Shown: one piece after another, positions 35,939-50,400 of the stretch
Layout: each line of letters begins with the position of its first letter
Position numbering within the stretch: position 1 is the stretch's first letter
Source of the DNA: Scyliorhinus canicula
Taxonomy: Eukaryota
DNA length: 64,000 nt
Reading direction: 5' to 3'
NCBI RefSeq assembly: GCF_902713615.1
Contig: NC_052147.1
Span: forward strand, 166,512,410-166,576,409
The notes under the pieces: generated by a model
What the model was told of the DNA's origin: nothing
The model's input: only the letters and a program-made list of their open reading frames with translations
Database searches by the model: none
Program-made: the position numbers and the translations under genes

Positions 35939-37974
35939 ACTGTTCCTGACAAATATGATTTTGATTTTCTAACCTATGTGTCAGCAGAATAAATAATTTA
36001 ACTGCTATTTCACTGAGTTGTTTTGTGTTTGGATAATGAGGGAAATTGTGTGTAGTTTTAAGCTATTGAATGGGATGGGTAGATAATATCTGAGACAATA
36101 GTTTCAGTGAAATGTCCAGGATGAGAAAAGGCAAATTTAGGGCAAATATGGGAAGTTCTTCCCATAATCCACCTTGTCTCATTTTCCATTCCATCGAATT
36201 GAATTTGAAAATTCCACACAAAGTCAGTTTGTGAAAACTATCATTAGATGAACAAATTTGATGATGAGGCAAACCTGACTCTCTGTGGCAAACCATGTAT
36301 CCATGGAAACGGATATCTGTATTTCCTGTCAATGCCCCACTACCCTGCTAATTTGTCCACTGCCAAGTTAAGAAAGACGTGTATTTTGTATGCCTTCCAC
36401 ATCCATCGGATGTCCCAAAGGGCTTCACATCCAATGAAGTATTTTTGAGTTTTGTAGTCACTGTTGTAATGTAAGAAACACAGTGGCCAATTTGTCCACA
36501 GCAATTTCCCACTAACAGCAATGTGATTGGAAACGACAGGATAGGAATAAATAGGAACTTAGGAGCAGTAGTCCATTTAGCCCCATTGATTTCTTGGGAC
36601 GGGAATTCCACAGACTAATTGGGTAGGATTCTTCATCCCGCCGCACCCGTTATCTGGTGTGGTGCACACCTGCCGGCAGCAAGATTCTCCGTCCCGCCAA
36701 CCGGCCAATGGGTTTTCCCATTGTGGGCAACCAAACGCAGGCGGGAAATCTGTGGGCATGAGTGCGATGCCAAAAAAATGGAGGATCGCGCCGACGGAAA
36801 ATCCAGTCAATGATCTTTGAAGGAAAACATTTCTCCTCATCTCAGCTATAAACATTACAAATCTTTCTCTTCAACATTTTTTGTGACATTGATTGAGGCG
36901 TAAATATTGAGAAGGGCACTGGGTTAAATTCAGCTGCTCTTCTTTAGAATAGTGCTACAGGATCTGTTATAGCCACTTCAAAGTGAAATCTGGGCCGTGG
37001 TTTAACATTGCATGTGACAATGCAGCACTCCCTCAGTACAATACCGAGGGAGGGATTCTCTAATTCTGGGGCTATGTCCCCACGCTAGCGTGAAAACCGG
37101 CGTCAATGACTCCGGCGTCAATGGCCCCCGAAAGTGAGGAATTCTCACCTTTCTAGGGGGCTAGGTTGCCGTCGGAGTGGTTCCCGTAGCTCCAGCCGGC
37201 GGCTACGGCCGGTGCGAGTGATTCTGGGCCGTGGGTTTAACATTGTATGTGACAATGCAGCACTCCCTCAGTACTACACTGAGGGCGGGATTCTCTAATT
37301 ATGGGGCTATGTTCTGAGTGTCAGCCTGGATTGTTTGGCTGAAGTGTGGAAATAGGACCAAAACTCACAACCTCTGAGACAAAACTGTTCCATCTGAGCC
37401 AGGACTCGAATATCTTCCTTCCTTTGAGAAAGTTATGATTGAATCTGCTTCCACCCTTTCCGGTAGTGTGTTGATCATTTTCTGCATAAAAATCTATTCT
37501 CCTCAACTCCCTTCTCATTCTTTAGCCAATTACCTGTGCTGTCTGGTCCCACAAACTTCCTGCCACTGTAAACAGTTCATATTTGTTTCCTCTATCAAGG
37601 GGCTTCATGATTTTGAACACCTTTATTAAAATCTCCTTGAACTTTCTCCGCTCTCAGGAGAGACCAACTCAGCTTTCGAATGTCTCCATTTATGTCGTAC
37701 TGACCAATAGCAGTTATATTTCAAGTTACCAATAACGGCCTGTAACGTCCTGCATCATTCGTGCCTACAGTCACTGGTCCACTCCACTTGCGGGGCGTGA
37801 TGACCTGGAGGTGCGGCCGTTCAGACATGCGTGCTGGAAGTACGTGGTATTTAAACCCCCGGCCAATTTATTTTGACTGCTTGAGGTCCTGCGCTGCTGA
37901 TTGAAACGTTGGTCTGCATCACTAACTTGGGTCATTTACCCAGATATTTGGTGACTTTTTACACCTTCGTATTT

Positions 37975-38553
37975 TGTTATGGGCCAGGATTTAGAGAACC
38001 CCAAAGTGTATCATGGAGTTCACCTGACTCACAACTTTAATAGATTGTGGTTATGGGAACCACACGGGCCACTCTACAGGTGTGATGCATCAGAGATCCA
38101 CAGCACTTTTAAATTAAAACAATGTTTATTTACGAAACCAGTTAACATTTTATAAACCCACGCTAAACATCTTAACAACTGTCAATGCCAAAATGCCCCC
38201 AAAGAATACAGAACTCTATAGATACCCCTTAATAAATTCCCAAACAACATCCGGAAGACAAAATACCCTTTTTAACACAGAGATCAAGTTTAAATTCACT
38301 ATTGAGAGCAGTCAGCACTTTGAAATCACCCAATTGATTTGGAGACAGTCTTTAGTTTGCAGAGAGATCCTTATTCAGCTCCTTGCTTTTCCTGCAGCTA
38401 TCCAGCTCTCAAAACAAAACTAACACACCCTGGAGCAAACAGCCTAAAACGAAAGTAAAGTAGACAGACAGCCCAGCTCCACCCACACTCTGACATCACT
38501 GATAAACAACAATTTCTTAAACACTCATTTCTTAAAGGTACTCTCACATGACA
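37975..38553 (-). mobile_element. solo LTR, paralog of 11277-11855
   Basis: TG...CA, TSD ATTT. Confidence 0.85.
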
Positions 38554-38682
38554 ATTTACACAGAGACTTTTCAGTCCAGCAAAGGCAGGAGACATCAGGA
38601 GACTCTTTTTTGGAGGTTAGCTATTATTCGTGTTTAACGTTTATAAATATGTTTGAAATGCAAATAGTAAGGAAGATACATG

Positions 38683-39561
38683 GGGCGAGATTCTCCATTC
38701 CTGGGGCTAGGTGTTGACACTGGGGCAGGATTCATGGACTTCCACAACAGCAAAAATGGCGGCGCACCTGGAGCAATTCAGCGACCGTGGAGGTGCTGGG
38801 ACCGACACCACGTGGAACACGATTCCAATGAGAAATGGTGTGGGATTCGGCAGGTCCGTGATTAACACTCGCGAGGCTGACAAGCTGCAGCCACATATAT
38901 ACACAATACACTTCCCATGTGCACTCATCCCAGCCAACATGATGGCACTGGTTGCGCTGGAGTGCACCCATCCTGCTGATGGCTTGGCTGGCACCGGAGG
39001 GCGCCGAGGGGGGTGCCCTGCGGGGATACCCAGACGACCTGTGGCCCCAAATTCACAGTGGGCTGTCAGCGGCATGTGCAGCTGCATGGCTGCCTTGCAG
39101 GCCGCACCAATGATGCTCAGTGCCAGTCTACACCGACCCCACAGCCCACCTCCTGGCTACCCCCTGCTACTCCCCCGGCCCGGGCAGAAGCCCCTGGCAA
39201 GTGGCATGACTGTCAGCAATCTATTGTGATGTTGGATGCTTTCCGTAGTCCCCTTTCTCTCTCTCAGCAGCCAAGGGGCCTGTTTCACAATTTTACAAAG
39301 CGCAAGTGAAGCTCACAGTCGGGAATTCGCCCCAGTGGAGGCGGAGCATCGTGGAGGCCGTGGAAAATACCCGGTCGCCGGCTAGTGATATGCAAACAGC
39401 GTTTACTGTACATGCATTCTGGAATGCATTGACGTCACTGTCAAGGCACTGGTGCATTGCAATTTGGCGTGAAACCAGTGCCCGCCATGATTTCAATGTC
39501 AAAACCGATTCCCCGTCCAATCGCATTTCTCGATTCCACCATTGGCTGGAGAATCCCGCCC
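38683..39561. mobile_element. Harbinger-like MITE, paralog of 11985-12863
   Basis: Same TIRs and flanks. Confidence 0.75.
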
Positions 39562-39806
39562 TTTTTTTTAAACTTTGGTTTGTCATAATTCTGTTAATTT
39601 CAATAAAAGTGTACTTTACAATATAAAGTGATTTTGATGTCACAGAAGGTGAAAGAATGATTTTTTTTTAAACTTTGGTTTGTCATGAGGATATTAATTC
39701 CATTTAAGGAACTATAATGGATACAATGCAGTGATCACACACTGATGGGTTTGATTGTCCACCTGAGTTACTCTGTGTTACTGGTCATGGGTTCTGTGGG
39801 TCCTTG

Positions 39807-42800
39807 TGATGAACGATCAATTGTACAAAGGCTAAGGTTGGATACAACTGTGGCTTTATTGCAGTAAGATGTGTGGCCTCCCACAGCAGCTGGCAAAATG
39901 GCTGCTGAATAGAGGACACACTCTTCCTAGTGGGCGGAGCCAGCGGGCAGAGGCTACCGGCGAACCTGTAGTACAGGTCCCACATTACATCACCTAATAT
40001 AGGTGTAACAGTGGTTTACCACATTCACCCCCTGTTAAAAATGAGTCCGGTGGGGGTGGTGGAGAACTATATAGAGTAGTGAATTTATGTACAGTGTTTA
40101 ATCAGGGAAAAGAAAAAAAATGTCCTTTGAAAGTCCGGTGCCAGTTAGAGATTCAACCGGTCTGGTGCCTGACGTTCCGCTGGGAGCGACGCAGTGGTGG
40201 CGGGAGTGTCCCGAAATCCTCTTCATCCTCTGGCGTGGGCAGGGTTAGGAGGGATGGTCCTGGTAGGGTTAATGTTGGGAGCGCCGGGGGAGGGGAAGGT
40301 GGTGCCAAGCTATATGGGTGGCACCTGCTGGTGCCAGGTCCCTGAGGGAGAGAGTATCTTGGCGGCCGTCGGGGTACGCCACATAGGCATACTGGGGGTT
40401 GGCATGGAGCAAGTACACCCTATCCACCAATGGTTCCACCTTGTGGAGTCGGACGTGCCTACGGAGTAGGACCGGCCCTGGAGCTGCGAGCCAGGTCGGG
40501 AGCGACACCTCGGATGTGGACTTCCTGGGGAAGGCAAAAAGACATTCATGGGGTGTGTTACTCGTAGGGGTGCACAGTGGTGACCAGATAGAGTGTAGTG
40601 CATCAGGGAGGACCTCCTGCCAGCGAGAGGCTGGGAGGTTCCTGGACCGTAGGGTCAGGATGACGGCCCTCCATATCTTCTCGTTCTCCCTCTCTACCTG
40701 CCCGTTTCCCCGGGGATTCTAGCTGGTCGTCCTGCTGGAGGCGATTCCCCTGCTGAGCTGGAACTGACGCAGCTCATCATGGGCAGTGAGTGAGGGGAAG
40801 CTCCATGAGGGGATACATGCGGTCGGGATCGGGCCCCATAACTCCGTTCTGGACCACAAAGCCGAGGATGGCTAAGCAGGTTGTGCTGAACACGCACTTC
40901 TCCTTGTTGTAGGTGAAGTTGAGGAGAGTGGCGGTGTGGAGGAATTTGGCAATGTTGGCGTCATGGTCCTGCTGATCATGGTCGCAGATGGTGACATTGT
41001 CTAGGTATGGGAAGGTAGCCCGCAAACTGTACCGGTCGACCATTCGGTCCATCTCCCATTGGAAGACCGAGACCCCGTTAGTGACGCCAAAGGGAACCCT
41101 GAGGAAGTGATAGATACGACCGTCCGCCTCGAAAACAGTGTGTGGACGTTCAGATTTACGAATGGGGACCTGGTGATAGGCGGATTTTTTTTTCATAGTA
41201 TTTACAGTGCAGAAGAAGGCCATTCGGACCATCGAGTCTGCACTGGCTCTTGGAAAGAACACCCTACCAAAGATCAACACCTCCACCCTATCCCCATCAC
41301 CCAGTAACCCTACCCAACACTAAGGGCAATTTTGGACACTAAGGGCAATTTATCATGGCCAATCCACCTAACCTGCACATCTTTGGACTGTGGGAGGAAA
41401 CCGGAGCACCCGGAGGAAACCCACGCACACACGGGGAGGGTGTGCAGACTCCGCACAGACAGTGACCCAAGCCGGAATAGAACCTGGGACCCTGGAGCTG
41501 TGAAGCAATTATGCTAACCACCATGCTACCGTGCTGCCCATTTGAGGTCTATCGTTGAGATGACCCGGTATTGCGCAATCTGATTGACCATATCAGATAT
41601 GCGTGGGAGGGGGTACGCGTCGATCTGCGTGTACCGATTGATATTCTGGCTGTTGGCTACGACCATTCTGTGTTTATCCCCAGTTTTAACGACTACCACT
41701 TGGGCTCTCCAGGGGCTGTTGCTGGCCTCGATAATGCCTTACCGAAGCAACCGCTGGACCTCGGACCTGATGTGTTGGGTATGATGGGTCTGCGAGGACT
41801 GCATTTATCAGAGCAAAGAGGGAGAGAGGCTACCAACACTTGTAGAAGTACAACTCTAGTTTATTTAGCTATGAGCTGTTAAACATGCTTGCACTGGGGG
41901 TTGACACTATGTTAGGTTGACTGGAGACCTGAGGCTAACCTGACCAGACTATACTGCTAGCACATGGTAGATGTTCGTGTTGCTGATAATGGGCTCTGGC
42001 TGTCTCAAAGGCTGCATCCCAAGAGAACGAGAAAACTAGTGCCCTCTGGCTTTATAGTGGCCGTGTCCTGTCTGTGTTGTGTGTGTTGATTGGTCTTTCA
42101 GTGTGTCAGTCAGTGTCTGTCTATGCACCATCATATACTTGTGTGTATATTATGATAGGACCTGATGAAGGTCTTGTCCTGTGTGCTGTACCGTCTGCTC
42201 CTGGAGCGACGGGTTTGCAACGCGGAGTTAGATTGTCAAAGAGGAAGTGTGGGTCGACCTTTAGGGTCGCGGGGTCGCACACAGTGAGGGGTGGTAGGGG
42301 CCCGCTGAATTTGAGGGTAAGGCTCTGGAGATTGCACTGGACGTCCAGGCCTAGTACTAGTGCAGCGCAGAGATTAGGAAGAACGTAGAGGTGGAAGCCG
42401 CTGAATTCTACGCCCTGCACCGTGAGTGTGACCGTGCAGAACCCCCGGATCGCGACGGAATGGGATCCGGAGGCCAGGAAGATTCTTTGGTTGGTGGGGT
42501 GGACCGACAGTGAGCAGCGCCTTACCGAATCCGGGTGGATGAAGCTTTCGGTGCTCCCGGAGTCCAGCAGGCAAGAGGTCACGTGACCGTTGATTCTCAC
42601 ACTGGTCACAGCGGTGGCCAGGTTGTGCGGACGAGACTGGTTGATCGTCACTGAGGCGTGCTGCGGTCAGTCGTCGCTGGCATCAGAAGATGGAGAGTGT
42701 GGGGGGCCCCAGGTCGTGGAATGTTGTCGGCGTCCATGCCCCGTGGGGAAGACAAGATGGCGGCGCCTGACGATCCTGCAGGGGACAAAATGGCGGCGCC

Positions 42801-44363
42801 CATGTGCCGCATGTTGCGTGGGCTGGACAACATGTGGAGCCCATTGGCCGCATGTTGCAGGGGATGGACAAGATGGCGGCATCCATGGGCCGCACGTGGA
42901 CTTAGGGGGGAAGATGGCGGCGCCCACTGGCCACGCGTGGCCCCGGGAGGTGAAGATGGCGGCGCCCTCTGGCTGCGCGTCGTCTGGGGAGGTGAAGATG
43001 GGGGTGCCCACTGGCCGTGCGTGGTCTGGGATGAAGATGGCAGCACCCATTGTGTGTAGGTCAGGGGGGAGGGGGCGGTAGCGGCCACTGCGCGGGCCTG
43101 GAACACCGCGGTGAAGTGCCGCTTTTTGCCGAAAGCCTTGTGAATGGTAGTGCGGGCCGGGCAGCGTTGGTCGGGGTGCTTCTGATGGCTGCAGAAGTTA
43201 ACAGTGGGGACCCCGCGGGGTGCGCGGATTGGTGTGTGGTGCAGGCGTACTAGCTGGCTCAAGCCCCGGCTGGGGCGGCCATCTGTGGGGTCCACGAGGG
43301 ATAGGAGGGATGGGCCGCACGGCCGGAGGGGTAGGCCTGAGCATTACTGAGGTGACCGTCATGGAGAGTGCTAGCTTTTTAGTCTCAGCTAGGTCGAGCG
43401 TTGCCCCGTCTAGCATTCTTTGGCATATGAGGTCCGACCCAATCACCATTACAAACGCATCCCGCATAAGAAGGTTGGAATATTCGCTGGCTGTAACGGC
43501 CTGACAGTCACAGTCCCGGACGAGTGGGACGAGTCTTCTATGGAATCACCAGGGAGTTGAGAGCGAGTGGCGAGTACGTGCCTGGCGAAGAGTGTGTTCG
43601 TTTTCTGTGCGTAGTTTTCTTTGAGGAGCGCCATGGCGTCCGCATAGTTCGGGGCATCCTGGATCAGTGGAAACAAGTTGGAGATCAGCCTTAAGTACAG
43701 GATCTGTATCTTCTGAGCCTCCGTTGGAGGGGTGGTCGCTGAGTTGATCTTGGCCTCAAAGCAAGCTAGCCAGTGATTAAAGTTCTTTTTGGCATCGCTT
43801 GATTGCGGATCCAGCTGCAGGCGATCCGGCTTGATTCAGAGGTCCACCTTTTAGAAAGTCTTACTGCAATAAATTTTTAATTTTTTTTATTTAAAAAATA
43901 AATAAATTTAGAGTACCCAATTCATTTTTTTCAATTAAGGTACAATTTAGCGTGGCCAATCCACCTACCTTGCGCATATTTTTGGGTTGTGGGGGCGAAA
44001 CCCAAGCAAACACGGGGAGAATGTGCAAACTCCACACGGACAGTGACCCAGAGCCGGGATCGAACCTGGGACCTCTGCGCCGTAAGGAAGCAGGGCTAAT
44101 CCACTGCGCCACCGTGCTGCCCTTTACTGCAATAAATTGATGCACATCAATTGTACAAAGACTAAGGTTGGATACAACTGTGGCTTTACTGCATTAAGAT
44201 GTGTGGCCTCCCACAGCAGCTGGCAAAATAGCTGCTGAATAGAGGACACGCATATTTATACTCCTCCTACTGGGCGGAGCCAGCAGGCAGGGGCTACCGG
44301 CGAACCAGTAGTACAGGCCCTACCTTACATCACCTAATACAGGTGTAACAGTGGTTTACCACA
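39807..44363 (-). mobile_element. Gypsy LTR retrotransposon, duplicate of 13109-18533 with a ~1 kb pol deletion
   Basis: LTRs 39807-40023 and 44138-44363, TSD CCTTG; same nested SINEs (41188-41539, 43876-44122) and solo LTR (~41768-42157); integrase joined to RT at ~40779. Confidence 0.95.
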
Positions 44364-47300
44364 CCTTGCACGGCTGATCAGCCCGGTCCGAGAGCATCTT
44401 CAATCACTCTTTGGGCGGGGGTTTCCAAAAGTTGGCATCGGTCTTTGGGTGCAAAGCTGCGGATATTCCTTTCTCAGGCTCCTTTTCCAGGCCTTGACGT
44501 TACATTTCTTGAGGTAAACCTAAAAGATGTCTTTGAAGAACTTCCTTTGTTCTCCTCTTGTTTGCGATTCTTCCTTGTGTTGGATGGCAGTCGGGACTTT
44601 AACATCCGAAGTTTCTGGTCGGCCCAGCAGAGTTGGTTTTGGATGATCATGGCCTCGCTACTGGTGCTATTGACTCCTTCAAGAACACTAATGTTAGCAT
44701 GCCTGTCAACCCAGTTGAATTAGAGGTAAATCATGTTTGGAATTTGCAATGAATTTTAAGCTGAGTTGTTTGCTCGTCTCCATGATGTAATGTTCATCCT
44801 TAGAAGCCTCAGTGATTACTTCAAATGGTTTAACAAAGGTTAATGCATTCGTTGATAAATGCAAGCCTCCTGTACGCTAATGTGAACTATCTGTCTGGCT
44901 CTAGTTGTTCCTCCAAATGGACGTTCACAAATGTGCTTTCAGCTCCTTCTTCCAGATCATTAATGTATATTGTAAAATGTTGTGGTCCCAGCACCGACCC
45001 CTGAGGCACACCACTAGTCACCGGCTGCCATCCTGAAAAAGATCTTTTCATCCCAACTCTCTGCCTTCTGCCAGTCAGCCAATCCTCTATCTATTCCAGG
45101 ATCTTACCCTTAACACCATGAGCTCATAACTTATTTAACAGTCTCCCATGCGGCACGTTGTCAAAGGCCTTCTGGAAATCTAAATAAATCACATCCACTG
45201 GTTCTCCTATGTCTAACTGCCTTGTTACTTCCTCAAATAACTCGAACAGATTTGTCAGACATGACCTCCCTTCGATAAAGGCATGTTGACTTAGTCCTAT
45301 TTTATCGTGTGCTTCCAAGTATTTTCCAATCTCTCTTTAATAATGGACTCTGAAATCTTACCAATGACTGATGGCAGGCTAACCTGCCTATCATTTCCCA
45401 TCTACTGCCTCCCTTCCTTCTTAAACACCAATGCTACATTAGCCATTTTCCAGTCCTCTGGGACCCTCCCTGCCTCCAGTGATTCCTGGAATATCACCAC
45501 CAATACCTCCACAGTCTGCTGAGCTATCTTTTTTTCGAACTCTGTCATGTAGTCCATCCGGTTCAGGTGATTGATCCACTTTCAGACCTTTCAGTTTCCC
45601 CAGAACCTTCTCCTTAGTGATTGCCGCTGCACTGGAGCTCTGGCATCTCACAGGTGTCTTCCACCATGAAGGCTGATGCAAAGTAACTATTCAGTTCCTC
45701 TGCCATTTCTCTATTTCCTATTATTACTTCTCCAGCCACATTATCCAGTGGTCCATGTGAACAGCCTACACGAAACTGACATCTTGGAGAAGTTGAATCC
45801 AGATGAGAAGCACCAATAGGTCAACGATACATCAGATCATCCAAAGGGTCTTGGTATCATAAAGGTCAAAGATACATTAGATAGTACAAAGGATATTGAT
45901 GGTATAATGGTTGAAAATGAATCTGACAAGCCAAAAGGAATTGATCTTGAGCGCACAAAAAGTATCTACGGACGACAGAATTTACACAAAGGCACAAATG
46001 TGAAACCAAAGGACATCTAAACAACACATTGCAATTCAATTTCAAGAAAGTGTTTGAACTTGCAGTCACACTGGACACACCATACAGTATGGAAAGCAAT
46101 CCAGATGGCAACCGGGCGAGGGACTGCAGGACAGTGTGTAAAAACCAGCTACCACTCGAGATACACAGGCGAATGCATGTCTAGATCATACCAAGTTCGT
46201 GCGTGATGGTACAAATGCCAGGAAGAACAGGACATTGTTTAGACAAAAAAGAAGTCATGCCAATGAATTTAATGAGTTGGTATTTGCTCAAAGGCCATTA
46301 ACCAAACCAGGTTTTAGGGCAAAGTACACAGGAAATTGACACCAGAAACAAAGAAAAAAGACCAGGTCAGATAACAAAAACGATTCAACCAGTTGAATAC
46401 CTGACCGATTTGAGCTGATGACTTGTTGGTTATGTACCACACTTTCACAGTAAAGACTGAGTACGGACTCAATTTGTGGACGAAAGAAAGTTAAAAAATT
46501 GTTAACTACTGTCCAACATCAGTACTCAATTACATGTAAAGAACATACGATGCTCTTACTATACAAAGGTTTGTAGAAATCTCCAAATATCTTTTTTAAA
46601 AAGGTGTATGTAATGAGATGCATATTGACTGGTATGTAAAAAGTTAACAAGTCAATGATAATGTTTCCTACCACTAGAGGGAACCACAAAATAATCATAT
46701 ATATATCATGTGACTTTGGGGATTCTGGGAGTGAGGAGTTGGAAGGCATCTGGAAGAGTGCCAGGCCGAGGAGTAGTTTTACTTGAGAAATCTGTAGTTA
46801 GAGATAGCATAGTTTAATATAGAAACCGTCTACTTTAGGAATGTGCACACATCTTAATATGTGTTCCATCGACAGCCCCATTTAATTTTGGGAAACTAGC
46901 AATCCTGTAGAATATGATGACATCTCCTTCATCTTCACAGGGATGTGTGAAAAATGATAAGCTCCAAAGCCTTATGATCAATTGCATTAATTACCTGGTG
47001 ACTGTAGATCCTGACGGCATTCTGTGAAATGTTACATAAGCCACTAATGCCATGTTAAATGGAACCAGAGGCTAAAATATTCAGCGTTGTTGTGTGTTTC
47101 ATTTCCACTGTTAAACAGTGCAGTAGTTAGATTTCGGTTCAGGTCTTCTTTCAACATTTCAATAAGGCTTTCCCTTGCATTCTTGCTGAAGTGCAGCCAC
47201 CTGAAACACATCTCGTTTGACACCATTTCATATGATGTCCTTTGTTTGTACACTCCTAGGAGGGGTAATTGATTCAGTTACTCGCCTGACGAAAATGATG

Positions 47301-47472
47301 TCAGAGTCTTCTCTCACGATCCCTGCGCATACGTTCACAAAGTTTAACAAGCAAAGCTATGAATGTGATACCCCAGCAGAGGTGGAGCATGGCTACAAAT
47401 TTTGAATCAGCACTGGATTCTGCAATATCTGTCAGAGAGATAATTCACAGTACCTTACGGGAGGCTTGCATA

Positions 47473-50400
47473 CAGTGGCGGACTGGACAGGGTGTCAGCT
47501 TGCCCGATGGCAAGCGGGCCCCTGATGAAGTGGGTCCCCTATATCAAATGAAAATGCAATAAAGAAACAAATACAGACGACTGTTTTAGTCATAAAAAGG
47601 AATAAGAAAAAAAAGAGAACAGGACACAAATAAGCAGTGCATGAAAAGGAACGAAGCAGGGGAGGTAGTGGAATGATGTGGAATAGGGGGGCCTGGGTCG
47701 GGCATAATTAAGGAAATTCCATGTTTTCAGCAAGAGTGTGTGAATTTAAAGATAAAGTTACAATTCGTGATTTGAGATGGTCGGCAACTTCAAAGGATAT
47801 CAAGCAGTAGTCTTGGTTCAGCCGGTACATATGGTCCGGGGCCCGGAGAGCCAAGAAGGGGCCCGTGAATCTCTGAAAGGGCCCTTAAAAATTATAATTA
47901 ATTAGATAAATAAATCTCCAACTTCTTTCCTGAAATTTGTATTCTAACTTAATAAAATATAATTGTTATTAAAAAGAGCAATACCAAATAAAACTGCAAT
48001 AAAGAAACAAACAAATAATCACTCAGTGTATGAAGGAACGAAGCAGTGTTAAACGGATGTGAAAAGGAGTGGGGGGGGGGGACTGGTTCACCCGGGTCGG
48101 ACATAGATGGAAATCCACGTTTTCAGCAAGAGTGTTTGAATTTAAAAATAAAGTTACAGTTCGTGATTTGAGATGGTCGGCAACTTGAAAGGATATCAAG
48201 CAGTCCATAGAGTCGTGAGGTCACCGAAAAGGAGAAGCAGTACCTTTGACCGTGAATCATGAGGTCAACGATATTGAAGTGATAAGCCATGATCGGTAAA
48301 CTCAAAGGGTTGCGACTTGTAACACTACACTGGTATCAAACTGGACATGTTAACTTTGGCCGTGGGACCATTCTTAATGTCTTACTATAGTCGGACCAAA
48401 CTTCTAAGTTTCAACAGTTGTCTCAGTTGCTTTCTGGTGTGAACACTGGACAGTGGATTGTCTCCTCTTCTGAAGCTGCATAGGCCACAGTAGTATTGAC
48501 TAATGAACATAGCCTATTGAAGTGTAAGTAAGTTATTTTATATTTTTTATCAAGTAGAGGTTTATCTGGCATTCCTTCAAGTTATTCTTGCAATCATCAA
48601 TATTCATTTTTCCCAATGTAGGCTATTTTTAATTAAGTTTTTATTTCAGGAATATTACCCCTATCAGCATGGAAAAGAAAAAGCATAAATCTGGGTCACT
48701 AAAACGCAAAGAACGAAAAGAAGCAGAAAGGAAGGAATCAGCCAAGCGATGCAGGCCTATTTCAGAGTTTATAATACTACAAGCACAATCCACATCAATA
48801 TCCAGTTCTGCAACAAATAATGAAGAAGCAAGAAACAATGCTCATGGTGATGATGCAATGACATGCGAGTTACAAGAACAGAGAAGAGCTACTTTGAATG
48901 TAGAGACAAATACAAGTGCATCCATTACTAATTAACCCAGGCCCAATATTTCTTCTGGCTTCCTTGTTCCGGTATCTGTACTGCCTGTAGTTGCAACATC
49001 TGAACACATAGCTTCAACTAGTGACAGGGAATCAGATATTCCTTCGAGCATAAATAACTTGGTTTCTGAAGCACATCCTGTAAATGAACCTACGCAAGAA
49101 AATGAAAGATCAATTACTGGAATCTTCCAATATCCATCACGAGCAAAGCTAAAACAGTTTTTTGCTGAACATCCATTTCAGCCACTTGATGATCTGCCAT
49201 TTGATGCTCGTTTGTATGAGAGGAAAATTATGAATGACTCAGTCCCAAGAAAATGGCTAAGATATAACAAAGAAAATAGATGCTTATATTGTTCATACTG
49301 CTTAGCCGTTGAGTTTCCCAACACTTGGAATCCATCACCCTTTGTACGTGGCTTTAGTGACTACAGGCGTATTAGCCAGAGCTTGACTTTACATGAATCG
49401 ACAACAACACATGTCAGAAATGCTCAGCAATCTATCAGTGTGGTTAATGATGGCACCTTAGATACATTTTTTGCAGCATCACTAATTAAAAGTAAAAGAA
49501 GAAGTATTGAAGCAGAGAAGTATTGTCATAAGGATTATAGACATCATAAAGATGTTAGGCAAGCAAGCACTTCCTTTTCGAGGTCACAGAAATGAATCGG
49601 CCTACACTCTAGATAATGAGGTTCTGAATCATGGCAATTTTTTAGCTACAGTGCAGTTGATGGCAAAATATGACCCCATTATGGCAGCTCACGTTTCTGC
49701 AGTGCAAAACAAGTCTAAACAAAGAATCAAACGATTAGAGCAACAAGGAAAGGCTCAAAGTAAAGGCTGTGGTGGACTTGTTACATACCTGAGTAAAACA
49801 ACTATAAACATGTTAATCAAAATTATGAAGAATATGATACATGAAAGCATTAGTCACGAAGTTTCTCAAGCAAAATATTATTCTATTCAGGTTGATTCAA
49901 CACAAGATAATTCATCCATCGATCAGTTTAGCATTATTATTTGGTCTGTGCTTAAAGGTATTATCTGTGAGCGACTACTTTCAGTTGTGCCAAGTAATGA
50001 TGGTACAGGACAGGGACTTTTTGATCTATTGATTGAAACATTACAGCATCTTAAAATTGACCCCCAAAAATGTTTATCTGATAGCACAGATGGCACTGCA
50101 AGCTACCATGGCCAGTATAATGGTTTACAAAGTAAAATTGCTGATGTGGCTGATCAACTTGTTCATATATGGTGCTATGCCCATGTCTTGAATTTGGTGA
50201 TAACTGAAACAACAAAATGTTGTGTGCCTGCAGTTTCTTTTTTCAATTTGCTCCAGAATATAGCAACTTTTGTGAAAGCATCAGACAAGATAATGGCTGT
50301 ATGGATAGAAGTTGTTGGAAAACATCCTGGACAAGAAAAAATGAAATGATTAAAGCTAATTGGTGAGACCAGATGGTGAGGAAAATCCAATGCAGCAACA

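Larger units (their letters stand above)
31511..47165 (+). repeat. segmental duplication unit 2 (crystallin gene 2 plus downstream region)
   Basis: Paralog of 5921-22058 with copy-specific indels. Confidence 0.93.

Noticed and set aside
42750-43050. CRISPR-like repeat array
   Set aside because: Vertebrate DNA, degenerate in-frame coding repeat, no unique spacers or cas genes
31511-47165. Unit 2 as a false haplotype duplication
   Set aside because: Several percent divergence, multiple kb-scale copy-specific indels and strongly diverged upstream flanks argue for true paralogs; read depth would confirm
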